A DNA stretch of 30,063 bases from a virus (lineage: Duplodnaviria; Caudoviricetes). Position 1 is the stretch's first letter; each line of letters opens with the position of its first letter. Where the stretch lies: the IMG/VR virus record IMGVR_UViG_3300005521_000008, positions 1-30,063 of that record. One strand, written 5' to 3'. Positions 17,612 to 25,399 of the stretch are shown piece after piece. The position numbers were made by a program, and so were the translations under genes. The notes under the pieces are model-generated. The model worked only from the letters and a program-made list of their open reading frames with translations. It did not search any database and was not told the origin of the DNA.

Positions 17612-17640
17612 ATTATATATAAGAGTTAACCAATGTTCAA
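17612..17640 (-). promoter_or_regulatory. Sigma70-like promoter TTGAAC-N17-TATAAT for the deazaguanine operon
   Basis: Fills the 37-bp gap between the gp55 stop and the queE ATG; perfect -10 and 17-bp spacer. Confidence 0.7.
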
Positions 17641-18276
17641 CTACTTTTTAGCGCTTTTGGTTGCCCTTTTCTTTGCTTCTTCCTTTTCCTTAGCAGCTGC
17701 TTCCTCTGCTTTAATTTTTTCGTCCAAATATTTTGGCCTACGCTTAACTACCTTCTTACCTTCATTAGCTTTATCCGCTGCTGCGTTATCTGCCTCTGCC
17801 TGTTCAATCATATTTCTCATATAACTAAGGTAATCATTAGAGTGCTGGCTTCCGTCTGCACTTTGTTCTAATATTTGATCTATGTCCAAGCTCTTAATAT
17901 ATTTGAACTTGGTTTCCATTTGTCTCTTCTCTTTTTGGATACGCCTGATAAAAGCGTAGTATGTGATTTGTGTAAAGTATGCAAAAGGATTTCTTGATTT
18001 TGCTGGATCAAAGTTATCCATATATGTAAGACAGTTTTCAATACCATCTAAAATCATTTCATCTCTAAATGTATAATTTACAAAGTTTGATTTATATGCT
18101 AAGTGGTTTGCTATTTTAACAAAGCACTCACCAATATAATTTGTTACCTGTGGTCTATCCTCGCCACTCTCTTCTGCTTCAATTCTTAGCTCCCTATACG
18201 CACTTATCTTTGCAAGGAATTCCTTGTTGTCTATATAGTGTGCTGAATTGGGATCTCTCCTTACTCTTTTAGCCAT
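17641..18276 (-). CDS. gp55: gp55 late-transcription sigma factor
   Basis: HYIDNKEF, YIGECFVKIANHL, NFVNYTFRDEMILDGIENCL and NPFAYFTQITYYAFIRRIQKEK. Confidence 0.96.
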   Translation of the reverse strand: MAKRVRRDPNSAHYIDNKEFLAKISAYRELRIEAEESGEDRPQVTNYIGECFVKIANHLAYKSNFVNYTFRDEMILDGIENCLTYMDNFDPAKSRNPFAYFTQITYYAFIRRIQKEKRQMETKFKYIKSLDIDQILEQSADGSQHSNDYLSYMRNMIEQAEADNAAADKANEGKKVVKRRPKYLDEKIKAEEAAAKEKEEAKKRATKSAKK

Positions 18277-18285
18277 AATATACTC

Positions 18286-18687
18286 CTAATGTATTTTGCC
18301 TTTTATAATTGCATCTGCAAGTTCTGTCATTGTGTCTGCATCTAACACTTGTTCTTCTTCTGGTGGTGCTGGATCAACCAAACTACCTCTCCAAGTAGCT
18401 TCTCGGAAATAAATTTGTTCTACCATTCTTTCATAACCATCAACAAATTGTTCTTGTAATGTAGATATATTAATAACATTATATCTTTCAATGCTAAAAA
18501 TATTTTCTTCTGCTATTGCTACCCAAGGCCTGAGACTTATTGCCTCTCCTAGAATACCTGCCATGGGTTCCATGTGTGGAACAAGTTCAATAGGATGTTC
18601 TATTTCTACAAGATCTCCATCATTAGATACTTTACCAACTATGGTAGTACCATCCATTAATTTTAATATTGATATTTGTTCAGACAT
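18286..18687 (-). CDS. Conserved T4-like hypothetical protein (Sm-like fold), uvsW-gp55 spacer gene
   Basis: ILKLMDGTTIVG...LRPW pattern; conserved position. Confidence 0.75.
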   Translation of the reverse strand: MSEQISILKLMDGTTIVGKVSNDGDLVEIEHPIELVPHMEPMAGILGEAISLRPWVAIAEENIFSIERYNVINISTLQEQFVDGYERMVEQIYFREATWRGSLVDPAPPEEEQVLDADTMTELADAIIKGKIH

Positions 18688-20164
18688 TTAATTTATTATC
18701 AACCGGTATAACTTTATGTTCGTAATCAAAACCTTCTTCGTTATAAAGCCTGACCCTCTCTTTTAAGTGTTTAATAGTGTAATTCTCATGTTGTCCTACC
18801 ACTAAATTATCACCAATATCAAATAAATTACACACTACCTTCTGATCTCCTTTACGGAGGCCTCTTCCTATTGATTGTAAGTTTCTAATTCTACTCTTGC
18901 CGGGTGAGGCAAATACAATATTATGAAGGTTCCTTATATTTATACCCGTTGAAAATGTACCGTATGAGGCAACAATAATAGCATCATTTTCTTTTTCTGT
19001 TATTGCTCTAATGTCTTCTCTAACTTGTGTGTCAACTTCTCCAGATACAAAAAATACTTTCCTACCTTTATCCACTGCTTTACTTATCATATCATATAAT
19101 ACTTTGCCATGCTTTTCTACGAACTGAAATAACACTAAAGTATTGCCGTCTTGTTCTATTACTTTATCTTTTATAATAAGATTACGATCTTCGTTTCTAA
19201 CTAACCAATCCATTTCCTCTTGATATGTCATTCCCTTAGTTTCTTTCCTTTGTTTCTCTGGATATTCTAAAACCATTATTTTAATTTTAAGGTTGGCCAG
19301 CTGTTTAGAATCTATTAATTTTTTAGTTGTAGTAACCTTATGTACTTGTCCAAACACACCTTCTAATACTAACTGGTGTGTCTTAGTTCCATCTAATGTC
19401 CCTGTTGTTCCTACTCTAAAAGGAGTATTAGTACACTTTCCCATTAGAGTTGTTAATGACTTTGCTTTAAACAAGTGTGCTTCATCTCCATAGAATACAT
19501 CAAACTGATCAAACCATTGTTTAGGATATTTGTATATAGATTGCCATGTACTAATAGTTATAGGATATTCATTTGTTTTTTCTTTACCACCATATATCCT
19601 ATGACAATTCTCCTGTACCTTCCAACCATTCTTAGTTGAATAGTCTGCGAAGTCTCCATACATTTGTTCTACCAACGATGTAGTGGGTACAATTATTAAT
19701 TGCTTCCTACTTTTTAGCTGGTGATAACGAACAAGGCTGTAAATAATAAGAGACTTCCCACTAGCAGTAGGAGATAAGAGTAAAACTCTCCCATCTTTAA
19801 TTGCCTTTGTAACTGCTTCTTTCTGATAATCGCGTATCTCGATGTCTTTCTCATTTGATTGTAACCTCAGCTCCTGTGTGAATCTATCAATGTCAATTTC
19901 CTCACCAATATTAGGTACATCTACTTCTATATCATACCCTAATGTCTCAGCGAATATTTTTAAGTAGGGTAATAGGCCTACATATAATTCTTTTTTGTAT
20001 ATGTTGTATAGTCTTGCTTTGCCATCCCATACTCTTTTCTTGTATAGTGGCATGAACCTTGCGCCAGGTATTTCAAAAGTAAAGTAATCACATATTTCCT
20101 GTGTAATGCCTGGGTCTGCATCTACAACAATATGTACTTCATCTTTCTTTGTTACCTTGATCAA
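18680..20164 (-). CDS. uvsW: UvsW SF2 helicase
   Basis: RDYQ, SPTASGKS, DEAH, TGT and QSIGRGLR; TTG start with AGGAG SD. Confidence 0.96.
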   Translation of the reverse strand: MIKVTKKDEVHIVVDADPGITQEICDYFTFEIPGARFMPLYKKRVWDGKARLYNIYKKELYVGLLPYLKIFAETLGYDIEVDVPNIGEEIDIDRFTQELRLQSNEKDIEIRDYQKEAVTKAIKDGRVLLLSPTASGKSLIIYSLVRYHQLKSRKQLIIVPTTSLVEQMYGDFADYSTKNGWKVQENCHRIYGGKEKTNEYPITISTWQSIYKYPKQWFDQFDVFYGDEAHLFKAKSLTTLMGKCTNTPFRVGTTGTLDGTKTHQLVLEGVFGQVHKVTTTKKLIDSKQLANLKIKIMVLEYPEKQRKETKGMTYQEEMDWLVRNEDRNLIIKDKVIEQDGNTLVLFQFVEKHGKVLYDMISKAVDKGRKVFFVSGEVDTQVREDIRAITEKENDAIIVASYGTFSTGINIRNLHNIVFASPGKSRIRNLQSIGRGLRKGDQKVVCNLFDIGDNLVVGQHENYTIKHLKERVRLYNEEGFDYEHKVIPVDNKLNV

Positions 20165-20201
20165 CTTTTTTTGCTCCTAGATACCGGCCAAATATTTTTT
20201 A

Positions 20202-20645
20202 CTAATAAGACCCTTGCTGAAACTTGGTCCATTCAATAGCGTTTTTTATATCAAAAGATCTGCTTGAAATCGACTTCATAACACTCTCACATAGGGTCAT
20301 ACAAGTGTTTATATACTCTAATTTATCAGTTAATTTAATAACATCAGGGTCTGTATCTAAGAAGTCATTCATTTGATTATTAAGTGGGGCATTACCTAAG
20401 TACTGTTCCCACCCTAAATCATTTAATTCCTTTTGGTCCAATTCACCACGATAATATTTCCATTTAAGCCTTCTCATTTTAAATAATTCACTCTGGGCTC
20501 TCCTACCTTGTAATCTAAAAGTAGTTAAATGGTTTAAATATTTGGAATGTAATTCTGGTATGCGTGTGGACTCTTGACCCAGGTTAAGTTCGTCAACCTT
20601 ACAGTCTTTTTGCCACATGTCTTGTAGTTCGTTTAGAGTTATCAT
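20202..20645 (-). CDS. uvsY: UvsY recombination mediator
   Basis: IPELHSKYL, KYYRG and RSFDIKNAIEW; gp3-uvsY-uvsW synteny. Confidence 0.92.
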   Translation of the reverse strand: MITLNELQDMWQKDCKVDELNLGQESTRIPELHSKYLNHLTTFRLQGRRAQSELFKMRRLKWKYYRGELDQKELNDLGWEQYLGNAPLNNQMNDFLDTDPDVIKLTDKLEYINTCMTLCESVMKSISSRSFDIKNAIEWTKFQQGSY

Positions 20646-20654
20646 AATATATAC

Positions 20655-20683
20655 ATTATAGGCTCTTATGTAGTAAGAGTCAA
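20655..20683 (-). promoter_or_regulatory. Sigma70-like promoter TTGACT-N17-TATAAT
   Basis: Near-consensus hexamers upstream of uvsY; shares TTGACTCTT and the spacer dyad with the promoters at 1656 and 4431. Confidence 0.85.
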
Positions 20684-20705
20684 CATGTTATTGTACCTTT
20701 TGGTA

Positions 20706-21290
20706 TTATAGTGTTTCGATTGTATAGAAACTGTATTTAAAAAATGCAACTCCTACCATATAGTCTGTTTGTCCCGTAGCTATTTCAAAATCTAACCCTT
20801 GTAAACTAATAGGGAAAGTATCTACAAAGTTAAATATTATTTTTGGATTATTGTTTGAATCTAATAGGGTTAATGTTGCATCGCTGCTTTGTGCAAGGCT
20901 CTTTTGCCTGGCAGGATCAATGTCAGGGAATCTATATTCTTGTGTTTTGCCATAGTTACCATATTGTTTATGGTCTTCAGGAAATCCTAGGCCTACCATC
21001 CAATCATATAATTCTTTGTAGTTTTTCATGTCCTCTTGTATGAGGAACCTTATCATTAGATTACCAAACTCTATCTTGTCGCCAGGAAGGCCAACGTCTA
21101 CCAAAGGAGTATGTTGTATGGCAGGTGGTAAATTCATTTCTGGAATGTTAGCTGCATTACAGAAGAAACTTGTATTAGGAATGTTATGTATCTGAAATTT
21201 GAATGCGTTAGGACGCAAATAATCTAATTCATTAGGATTATTACTACTCCACGATGCTTCTGTAACATTCGTAATATTAGTTGTTGTCAT
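20706..21290 (-). CDS. gp3: gp3 tail completion / sheath stabilizer
   Basis: FFCNAANIP, PGDKIEFG, EDMKNYKELYDWM, SDATL and FPISL; synteny. Confidence 0.9.
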   Translation of the reverse strand: MTTTNITNVTEASWSSNNPNELDYLRPNAFKFQIHNIPNTSFFCNAANIPEMNLPPAIQHTPLVDVGLPGDKIEFGNLMIRFLIQEDMKNYKELYDWMVGLGFPEDHKQYGNYGKTQEYRFPDIDPARQKSLAQSSDATLTLLDSNNNPKIIFNFVDTFPISLQGLDFEIATGQTDYMVGVAFFKYSFYTIETL

Positions 21291-21445
21291 CTACCTTGTC
21301 CTTTGTATTTTTTATACGATCTTTTCTTGTGTTTATTCATAGTAGAAGTAGAACATTTAACTCTTCTTCCTCTACCGCCTATTCCTTGTGATGATGCTTT
21401 CTTAACACCCTCGTGCTTTACAATCGTTCCCCATGATTTTGCCAT
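21287..21445 (-). CDS. 52-aa very basic peptide ending MNKHKKRSYKKYKGQGR
   Basis: Manually translated; GGAG SD; ATGA overlap with the gp3 start. Confidence 0.75.
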   Translation of the reverse strand: MAKSWGTIVKHEGVKKASSQGIGGRGRRVKCSTSTMNKHKKRSYKKYKGQGR

Positions 21446-21460
21446 TTTTTGTCTCCATAA

Positions 21461-21781
21461 TTAAAATCCCACACTTTCTCCACAACCACAAGCGTTAGAT
21501 TCCATAGGGTTCCAAAATGTGAACGCCTCATTAAGTCCATCTACTTGCCATCCAATTACCGTGCCGTCTAAGTAACCTGCTGACATAGGACAAATCCACA
21601 TCTTGAATTTGCCAAAGTCTAGTTCCTCATCCTGCTCAGTTTTTGGTCCATCAGCATAGTTGAAGTCATACTTAAAGCCTGCACATCCACCTCCTAACAA
21701 AGCAAGTCTAATACCAGGTGATTGTTTAACTTCTAATCTTTTAATCACTTGATCCATTGCTTCATCAGTCCAGTCTATCAT
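21461..21781 (-). CDS. iscA: A-type Fe-S carrier (IscA/HesB family)
   Basis: GGGCAGFKY and C-terminal CGCGES; start moved to MIDWT (GGAGG SD). Confidence 0.9.
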   Translation of the reverse strand: MIDWTDEAMDQVIKRLEVKQSPGIRLALLGGGCAGFKYDFNYADGPKTEQDEELDFGKFKMWICPMSAGYLDGTVIGWQVDGLNEAFTFWNPMESNACGCGESVGF

Positions 21782-22202
21782 CAGGGCCTCCGTTATGTCT
21801 TCTAAGTTTCTTTTCTTCCCAATCACTTATCGCTTTTGATATACTATCTTCTGCTAATACAGAACAATGTATCTTAATAGGCGGTAAGTCTAATGCTTTT
21901 GCTATATCTTTATCTTTAATAAGTTTAGCTTGTTCTATTGTTATACCTTTTAGCATATCAACAAACATACTAGAGCTAGCAATAGCACTACCACAACCAT
22001 AAGTCTTAAATTTTACATCTTCAATTATATCTGTATCGGGATTAAGTTTTAAATCTAACTTCATCACATCTCCACAAGCTGGCGCTCCAGTCATTCCTGT
22101 AGCAACATTTGGATCTTTAGGATCAAATCTTCCAACTCCGTGTTCCAGTGGTTTGTTCAAAACATCATTGAATCTTTCTACTACTTCTTTTGAATATGCC
22201 AT
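21765..22202 (-). CDS. iscU: Fe-S scaffold IscU
   Basis: GAPACGDVM, FKTYGCGSAIASSS and LPPIKIHCS (an LPPVK-like HscA-binding motif). Confidence 0.95.
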   Translation of the reverse strand: MAYSKEVVERFNDVLNKPLEHGVGRFDPKDPNVATGMTGAPACGDVMKLDLKLNPDTDIIEDVKFKTYGCGSAIASSSMFVDMLKGITIEQAKLIKDKDIAKALDLPPIKIHCSVLAEDSISKAISDWEEKKLRRHNGGPDDRLD

Positions 22203-22220
22203 AAGTACCTCGGTTATTAG

Positions 22221-22228
22221 TATTTATA
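22221..22228 (-). promoter_or_regulatory. T4-type late promoter TATAAATA upstream of iscU
   Basis: Exact consensus about 18 bp before the ATG. Confidence 0.8.
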
Positions 22229-22273
22229 ATACTTTCTATTTAACCATAAGTCAATTAGGACGAATACCTTTTG

Positions 22274-22281
22274 TATAAATA
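22274..22281 (+). promoter_or_regulatory. T4-type late promoter TATAAATA (divergent)
   Basis: Exact consensus upstream of the only convincing plus-strand gene. Confidence 0.75.
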
Positions 22282-22323
22282 ATAATGTCCACAACGGACA
22301 TGACACACACACAGGAGAATAAA

Positions 22324-22554
22324 ATGTCAGAAAACAAATCAGGCTTTGAAATAAGAGCCGACTTACTAAACCAAGCTCAATGTATAATCGAGCAAAACCG
22401 TAATCTTAAAATCGACGCATATCACAATGCTGTCCAAAGAGCACAAGATCAAAAGGATATTCCTTATCCTGAATTCCCAATGGTTAAACATATAACTGCT
22501 GAAGAAGTTATTGAAGTGGCCAGCAAACTAAACGAGTTTGTTAATCAAAAATAA
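22324..22554 (+). CDS. Small helical hypothetical protein (KSGFEIRADLL...EEVIEVASKLNEFV)
   Basis: AGGAG SD before ATG 22324, its own late promoter, and a hairpin after the stop. Confidence 0.8.
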   Translation: MSENKSGFEIRADLLNQAQCIIEQNRNLKIDAYHNAVQRAQDQKDIPYPEFPMVKHITAEEVIEVASKLNEFVNQK

Positions 22555-22563
22555 ATTCTAGTC

Positions 22564-22595
22564 AAAAAAACGGGCTGCCTATTGGGAGCCCGTTT
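22564..22595 (-). terminator. Rho-independent terminator after gp23 (possibly bidirectional)
   Basis: Stem AAACGGGCT/AGCCCGTTT followed by a T7 run on the minus strand; lies between convergent genes. Confidence 0.85.
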
Positions 22596-22625
22596 AGAAT
22601 TCCTTTCGGAAAATTAGACCTAAAA

Positions 22626-23891
22626 TTACATTAAGTTTGTAACTTTAACGGATCTGTAGTACTGGTTACGATCTGCAGTAAATGTGTCTGCATCCGTAGT
22701 TCCGTTTGACTGCATTACGAATGGGTTAGCGATCATGCCATATCGAGTTTTGAATCCGATTTTTGGTTGGAATGTGCTTGGGTCAATAGCCCTTACCATT
22801 TGTAGTGGGACATACGGACAATAGAATAGACCAGCGTCATAAGGGCTAGTGCCTTTATAACCACAAACATAAAACTGGCTAGCAGCTCCTGTGTTTGCTG
22901 AATATGGATCTATGTAAACTCTATAACGACCGTTTAAAACACCAGCAAATGTATTACCTGTGTCATCAACATTTAAATTAGTTGATAAAGCTGGTGCATA
23001 GTCAAGTACACCTGACATTGAAAGAGCACTAGCAACATCTGATGAACAGATGATGAAGTTTCCTTTTCCACGCCTTGTGTCTTGTGCTATAACATTAGCA
23101 TCACGCTCGATATTGAATAAAAGACCTTTAAATCTTTCTACTGACCACCTACCGTTACTGTCAACATCTAAATCAAATGTTCCAGCTGTAGCAGTTGAGG
23201 CTGAGCCTGTTTTTGCTACTTTGTAAATAGTTCTAATAACCTCACGGTTGATTTCTGCAAGTATTTCTTGTGAAAGAATATTACTTAGTTCTGATTCCGC
23301 ATCTAAACCATGAACAGCTTTTAAATCTTGAGCAAGTTCTACGGTGTACTGAGCTTTTAACGCTCTGGACTTAGCCGTAACAGTTGTCTTCTCGATTGAA
23401 AACGCCATTTCATTAAGTGTAGTTGAATCACCAAAACCTTCTGCAGTACTTGTGGATACACCTGCTCCAGTTGTGTAAGTACCGTCTACTGGATTAGCTC
23501 CAGCGTGTGTACCTGCACCTGAAAAGTCAGTGTCTGCTTCGTTAAATAAAGCTTCTGTTCCAGCTTGTGTGCTGTAATGAGACTTCATTGCGAAGATAAG
23601 GCCAGTTGGCCCAGACATAGGTTGTACGCCACAAACATCATATGCCATAAGGTTAGGCAAAGCACGTCTAACTAACGATATTAATATCGGATCATAGTTA
23701 TCAACGCCAGAGCCTGTTTGGTTAGCATGTGTAGCCTCGAAAAGAGCTTCCTTCTCCTCACGGAGAGCTTTCTCTTGGTTTTCGAGTACTACTGTGGTAA
23801 CAGCTTTTTTGTATGGATCATTGATCTCAGTGAGTTCAGGGTGATCTAAAACTGGTTGCCACTTCTTTTGTAGTTCTTCTGAAAGATACAT
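22626..23891 (-). CDS. gp23: gp23 major capsid protein
   Basis: LISLVRRA, GVQPMSGPTGLIFAM, KSRALKAQYTVELAQDLKAVHGLDAESEL and FQPKIGFKTRYG. Confidence 0.98.
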   Translation of the reverse strand: MYLSEELQKKWQPVLDHPELTEINDPYKKAVTTVVLENQEKALREEKEALFEATHANQTGSGVDNYDPILISLVRRALPNLMAYDVCGVQPMSGPTGLIFAMKSHYSTQAGTEALFNEADTDFSGAGTHAGANPVDGTYTTGAGVSTSTAEGFGDSTTLNEMAFSIEKTTVTAKSRALKAQYTVELAQDLKAVHGLDAESELSNILSQEILAEINREVIRTIYKVAKTGSASTATAGTFDLDVDSNGRWSVERFKGLLFNIERDANVIAQDTRRGKGNFIICSSDVASALSMSGVLDYAPALSTNLNVDDTGNTFAGVLNGRYRVYIDPYSANTGAASQFYVCGYKGTSPYDAGLFYCPYVPLQMVRAIDPSTFQPKIGFKTRYGMIANPFVMQSNGTTDADTFTADRNQYYRSVKVTNLM

Positions 23892-23936
23892 CAGTTTCTC
23901 CTTATTTTACTTTGTTTGTTATTTCTATAACTTAAT

Positions 23937-23944
23937 TATTTATA
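23937..23944 (-). promoter_or_regulatory. T4-type late promoter TATAAATA upstream of gp23
   Basis: Exact consensus in the gp22-gp23 gap. Confidence 0.88.
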
Positions 23945-23950
23945 AAAAAA

Positions 23951-25321
23951 TTAATTTTTAACCTTATCAAACTTCGCTGCTTGAGAAATACCTTGTACAT
24001 ATCTGCTCATTACGGTGTTGTCTGCTAAAGTTCCTTGATCAACGCTATCTTCTAGCTTATCACTATCATCAGCTTTCGCTTTAGGAAAATAATTTTCCTT
24101 GATAACATTAAGTTTCGAAGCGTACATTTCTTCGTTGTCGAATGTTACATCTTCAACCAATCCTGCAAACTTCTCTACTTCTGTTTCAGCTAGATCGTCA
24201 ACCACGGAACGGAAAACTTTTTCCTTGTGTAGTTGTTCTCTCTCTTCGCTGATTTCAATAGACTTGTTGATTTCTTCGTCTAACTTAGATTTCAGTTCGT
24301 CTATTTGTGCCTGTTGTTCTGTTAACACATCGAATTTTTCTTCAGGAACATCAATATAATGTTCTGTGAAAACCTGCTTCATTCCATTAATGAATGATTC
24401 AGTAATTTCGCTGCGTAGGCCAGATTCAACAGCCAACTCGTTTTCTTTGAGCCACTGCTCTGTCACATAGGACAGATATTTGTCTACATTTTCTACGAGT
24501 TTCTCTTTTGCTTCGTCAAAAGCCTTATTGGCTTCCTCAACAAGTTCGTTTTCAATGGTTTCCATTTGTTGATTGACTCGAGCCACAACCGATGCTTCAA
24601 ATAATGAAGCTGCTTGTGTTTTAAATTCTTCTGAAAGATGCTCTTCGTCGGCAAAAAGGTTAGCTATGTCCTCTTCAAAAAGTGTTTCAGTTTCAGAATC
24701 TTCTTCTGCTACTACTTCATCTTCTTCAGATTCTGCAATAACTTCTTCGTCTTCGTCTTCTTCTTCACCTTCGTTAACATATTCTGCTTCCTCTACTCCC
24801 TCTTCAGTCTCTTCTTCAGCAACGACTTCTTGGTCTTCCTCTGGAGTTTCTTCAGAATCTAGAACTTCTTGTTCTTCTTCTGCTTCTACTTCTTCGTCTT
24901 CACCAATTGGTCCTCTGTTACCTTGTGAGCTTGATTGATTAACTACTGACTTAGGATCTTCCTGGTCGTTGTAGTTAGGAGCTTTACCAGCACCCTCACC
25001 TTCTAGGCCGGGAGCCTTTGAAGCTTTAGATGATGCTGCTTTTCCTACTGGGCTTGTTAATCCACCTGTTGTATCAGAACCACTTAGGTCTTGTTGTTCA
25101 GGGTTTGGATTAGAAGAGCCTTGTAGGGGAGGTGTAGCGTCGCCAGCTTTTTTATCTAACGGACGGTGTGCATCCGCTGAAGACGTTGGCAAATTAGCTG
25201 TTGAACTGCTACCTTGTCTAGGTGGCTGTTGATCTCCAGCGACTTGCTCGTCTATAACTGCTACGGTATCGTCTTGCAACTTACCTTCTAACAGTTCTCT
25301 GATTTTGGATTCTACTCCCAT
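23951..25321 (-). CDS. gp22: gp22 prohead core scaffold, with a long low-complexity N-terminus
   Basis: LSEEFKTQAASLFEA, VDKYLSYVTEQWLKENELAVESGL, FTEHYIDVPEEK and IKENYF; lies between gp21 and gp23. Confidence 0.93.
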   Translation of the reverse strand: MGVESKIRELLEGKLQDDTVAVIDEQVAGDQQPPRQGSSSTANLPTSSADAHRPLDKKAGDATPPLQGSSNPNPEQQDLSGSDTTGGLTSPVGKAASSKASKAPGLEGEGAGKAPNYNDQEDPKSVVNQSSSQGNRGPIGEDEEVEAEEEQEVLDSEETPEEDQEVVAEEETEEGVEEAEYVNEGEEEDEDEEVIAESEEDEVVAEEDSETETLFEEDIANLFADEEHLSEEFKTQAASLFEASVVARVNQQMETIENELVEEANKAFDEAKEKLVENVDKYLSYVTEQWLKENELAVESGLRSEITESFINGMKQVFTEHYIDVPEEKFDVLTEQQAQIDELKSKLDEEINKSIEISEEREQLHKEKVFRSVVDDLAETEVEKFAGLVEDVTFDNEEMYASKLNVIKENYFPKAKADDSDKLEDSVDQGTLADNTVMSRYVQGISQAAKFDKVKN

Positions 25322-25375
25322 GTTACTCTCCTTTTTTATTTAGGATTATTTAAATTTTAATATAATCTAATAAAC

Positions 25376-25389
25376 TATTTATATTTATA
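25376..25389 (-). promoter_or_regulatory. Two overlapping late promoters TATAAATATAAATA upstream of gp22
   Basis: Consensus at 25376-25383 and at 25382-25389. Confidence 0.8.
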
Positions 25390-25399
25390 AAGATTTCTA

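Noticed and set aside
22303-22313. ACACACACACA microsatellite
   Set aside because: It is too short and lies in a 5' leader; there is no evidence for phase variation.
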